64,000 bases of DNA, taken from NCBI GenBank assembly GCA_964291675.2, contig OZ219866.1:1216001-1280000 (forward strand), read 5' to 3'. Position 1 is the stretch's first letter, and each line of letters opens with the position of its first letter. Below are positions 62,421 to 64,000 of the stretch, piece after piece. Position numbers and translations under genes: made by a program. The DNA is from Alphaproteobacteria bacterium. GTDB lineage: Bacteria; Pseudomonadota; Alphaproteobacteria; MPNO01. The notes beneath the pieces were generated by a model. That model saw nothing but the letters and a program-made list of their open reading frames with translations. It was not told the origin of the DNA and ran no database searches.

Positions 62421-62947
62421 ACGGTACGGATTACATGGTTCCTCCCCTGTCGTGGGGAAGAATAGGCGAGATCACTGAGAAAGTGCGGTCGGTGCTGGGG
62501 TTGACCGAGGAGCCGTATTTCCCGGTCATGCACGTTACTGAGCTTGTATTGGACCAAGAATTAGACTTGGTCCGCCTTGAAATCGGCTCACGTGACGAGA
62601 TGGACGACGCGGAGGGCCTTACCTGCCCGGACGGCAAATTCATACGGCTGCGGGAGGACGTCTACGAGAAGGGCTGGGCTGGGGAGGGAAGGGCGCGGTT
62701 TACGGCGGCGCACGAGCTTGGACATTTCGTTTTGCACGCCGGGCTACCACTTGCTCGAATCGAGCGACAAGAAAAGTTGCCTCCGTTTCGGCGAGCGGAG
62801 GCCCAAGCGAATCGCTTCGCCGCCGAGATCTTGATGCCGTTGCGTTTCATCGGACGAACCGACAGCGTCCGCGCGATCATGAAGCGTCACGGTGTCTCCC
62901 GCGTCGCCGCGCAAACTCGGCTTGATGGCATGGGAGCGAATGAATGA
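62417..62947 (+). CDS. ImmA/IrrE-family metallopeptidase
   Basis: RFTAAHELGH (HExxH), EAQANRFAAEILMP; ATGA overlap. Confidence 0.92.
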   Translation: MNGTDYMVPPLSWGRIGEITEKVRSVLGLTEEPYFPVMHVTELVLDQELDLVRLEIGSRDEMDDAEGLTCPDGKFIRLREDVYEKGWAGEGRARFTAAHELGHFVLHAGLPLARIERQEKLPPFRRAEAQANRFAAEILMPLRFIGRTDSVRAIMKRHGVSRVAAQTRLDGMGANE

Positions 62948-62985
62948 AGGACCCGAGCGTCCACTCGGGTCCTTCTGTCTTTTCT
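62946..62985 (+). terminator. Intrinsic terminator-like hairpin
   Basis: 12-bp stem GAAGGACCCGAG/CTCGGGTCCTTC followed by TGTCTTTTCT. Confidence 0.65.
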
Positions 62986-63116
62986 GCGTTGGGCACTAGG
63001 GGCTTGCCGATGCAGAGCCTTGCTAACGATCCAACCACAGCTTGCGACAACTGGTTGTGGCCAACATACGGGTTGAATGTCAAGGAAAACCGCGCCCCAG
63101 AGAAGGGCCTTTCAAT

Positions 63117-63248
63117 ATGAACAGGCAAAGTAAGCGAGACCGGTATCGGCTCATATTCCGCGCATGGCGTAGGTGTCCGAAAACCGGCAAGAAGCTCTAC
63201 GCTAAAACGTACGGTTTCAAAGCATGGCCCATTTGGGTTCGCGTCTAG
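63117..63248 (+). CDS. Small basic protein (43 aa)
   Basis: GAAGGG RBS; MNRQSKRDRYRLIFRAWRRCPKTGKKLYAKTYGFKAWPIWVRV; followed by a hairpin. Confidence 0.7.
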   Translation: MNRQSKRDRYRLIFRAWRRCPKTGKKLYAKTYGFKAWPIWVRV

Positions 63249-63253
63249 GGTGG

Positions 63254-63285
63254 GGAGGGGCAGCGCAAGCGTTGCCCCTCCTTGT
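63254..63285 (+). terminator. Terminator-like hairpin after the small protein gene
   Basis: GGAGGGGCAGCGC-AA-GCGTTGCCCCTCC then TTGT. Confidence 0.55.
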
Positions 63286-63476
63286 CATGGGATCAGAGCC
63301 GTCATGGCCGGGTCGTTGTGTTTGCTCCATCTACTGTGGAGACAAGGGTACCGGCAACTCCGCTATACGTCACCAAGTGTCGCGTGAGGCCGGCATCGTA
63401 AAGCTGCAAGTTCGCCCGTTGGCGGCCCGGGCCACGCGGGTACAATCGGCCAGCCCACGCCGCACCGGGAGGAGCC

Positions 63477-64000
63477 ATGTCCGGGACCGACTACGACGCC
63501 CCATACCGCGTCCGCGAATCGCTGGTCGCGGCGCAACGCTTGGCCTGGCGCCGCATCGCCGAGCCGGGCGCCTGGCTCGACGGGGAGCGGCGCGTGGCGG
63601 TGGCGGGCGAGGTTCGCGCGGCTGGCGACTGCCCGCTCTGCCGCGCGCGCAAGCAGGCGCTCGCGCCCTTCGCGGTCGCCGGCGAGCACGAGGCGAGCGG
63701 GCCTCTGAGCGCGGCGGAGGTCGAGCTGATCCACCGCCTGACCACCGACCCGGGCCGGCTCCGCCGGTCCTGGGCCGAGGAAATACTCGCCGCCGGGGTG
63801 AGCGAGGAGGTCTATGTCGAGATCGTAAGCGTCGTCTGCATGGTCATGATCGTCGACACCTTCCGCCGCGCGCTCGGCCTGGCGCGGCTCGACCTGCCCG
63901 CGCCGGCGGCGGGGACGCAATCGGGCTACCGCGCCCCGGGCGCCCGGCGCCACGACGCGTGGATCAGCCTGGTGCAGCCGGACGACGTGGTGGAGAGCGA
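63477..64000 (+). CDS. AhpD-like alkylhydroperoxidase-related protein (3' end outside window)
   Basis: GGAGGAG RBS; AEPGAWLDGERRVAVA, CPLC, YVEIVSVV...DTFRRALG; open to the window end. Confidence 0.75.
   Translation, partial: MSGTDYDAPYRVRESLVAAQRLAWRRIAEPGAWLDGERRVAVAGEVRAAGDCPLCRARKQALAPFAVAGEHEASGPLSAAEVELIHRLTTDPGRLRRSWAEEILAAGVSEEVYVEIVSVVCMVMIVDTFRRALGLARLDLPAPAAGTQSGYRAPGARRHDAWISLVQPDDVVES

Noticed and set aside
62064-62947. Prophage or ICE immunity region
   Set aside because: No integrase, att sites, or phage or conjugation genes nearby.

Overview
Window from a high-GC bacterium. Gene content and intergenic palindromic repeats suggest an alphaproteobacterium, which is inference only. 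The backbone is catabolic and transport genes (four Rieske oxygenase alpha subunits, hydantoinase/oxoprolinase AB, NMT1-type and BMP-type ABC transporters, NAD-dependent formate dehydrogenase, a GS-like/ring-dioxygenase cluster) plus housekeeping genes (gor, class II DAHP synthase, nadE, cysS, cimA, trmJ). Many toxin-antitoxin modules are interspersed, several with decayed toxins. The main structure is a three-level nest at about 16.0-23.7 kb. (1) An AT-richer two-gene cassette encodes a DisA_N/DAC-like cyclase and a HEPN-like helical protein, a candidate defence system. (2) A complete IS66 (24-bp TIRs, 8-bp TSD) interrupts the cyclase gene. (3) A 2,584-bp large-serine-recombinase element interrupts the IS66 transposase. 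Joining that element's ends in silico fuses an RBS and ATG at one end in frame to a gene body at the other end, so the full-length gene exists only in the excised circle. Other notable items: a UGA/selenocysteine DsbA-like gene missed by the ORF track, an XRE-ImmA/IrrE-structured RNA-43 aa peptide module, a ParB-N plus nuclease-like pair, and a 1-kb islet flanked by a 96-bp duplication of a gene 3' end. All family assignments are by motif recognition; no database searches were run.
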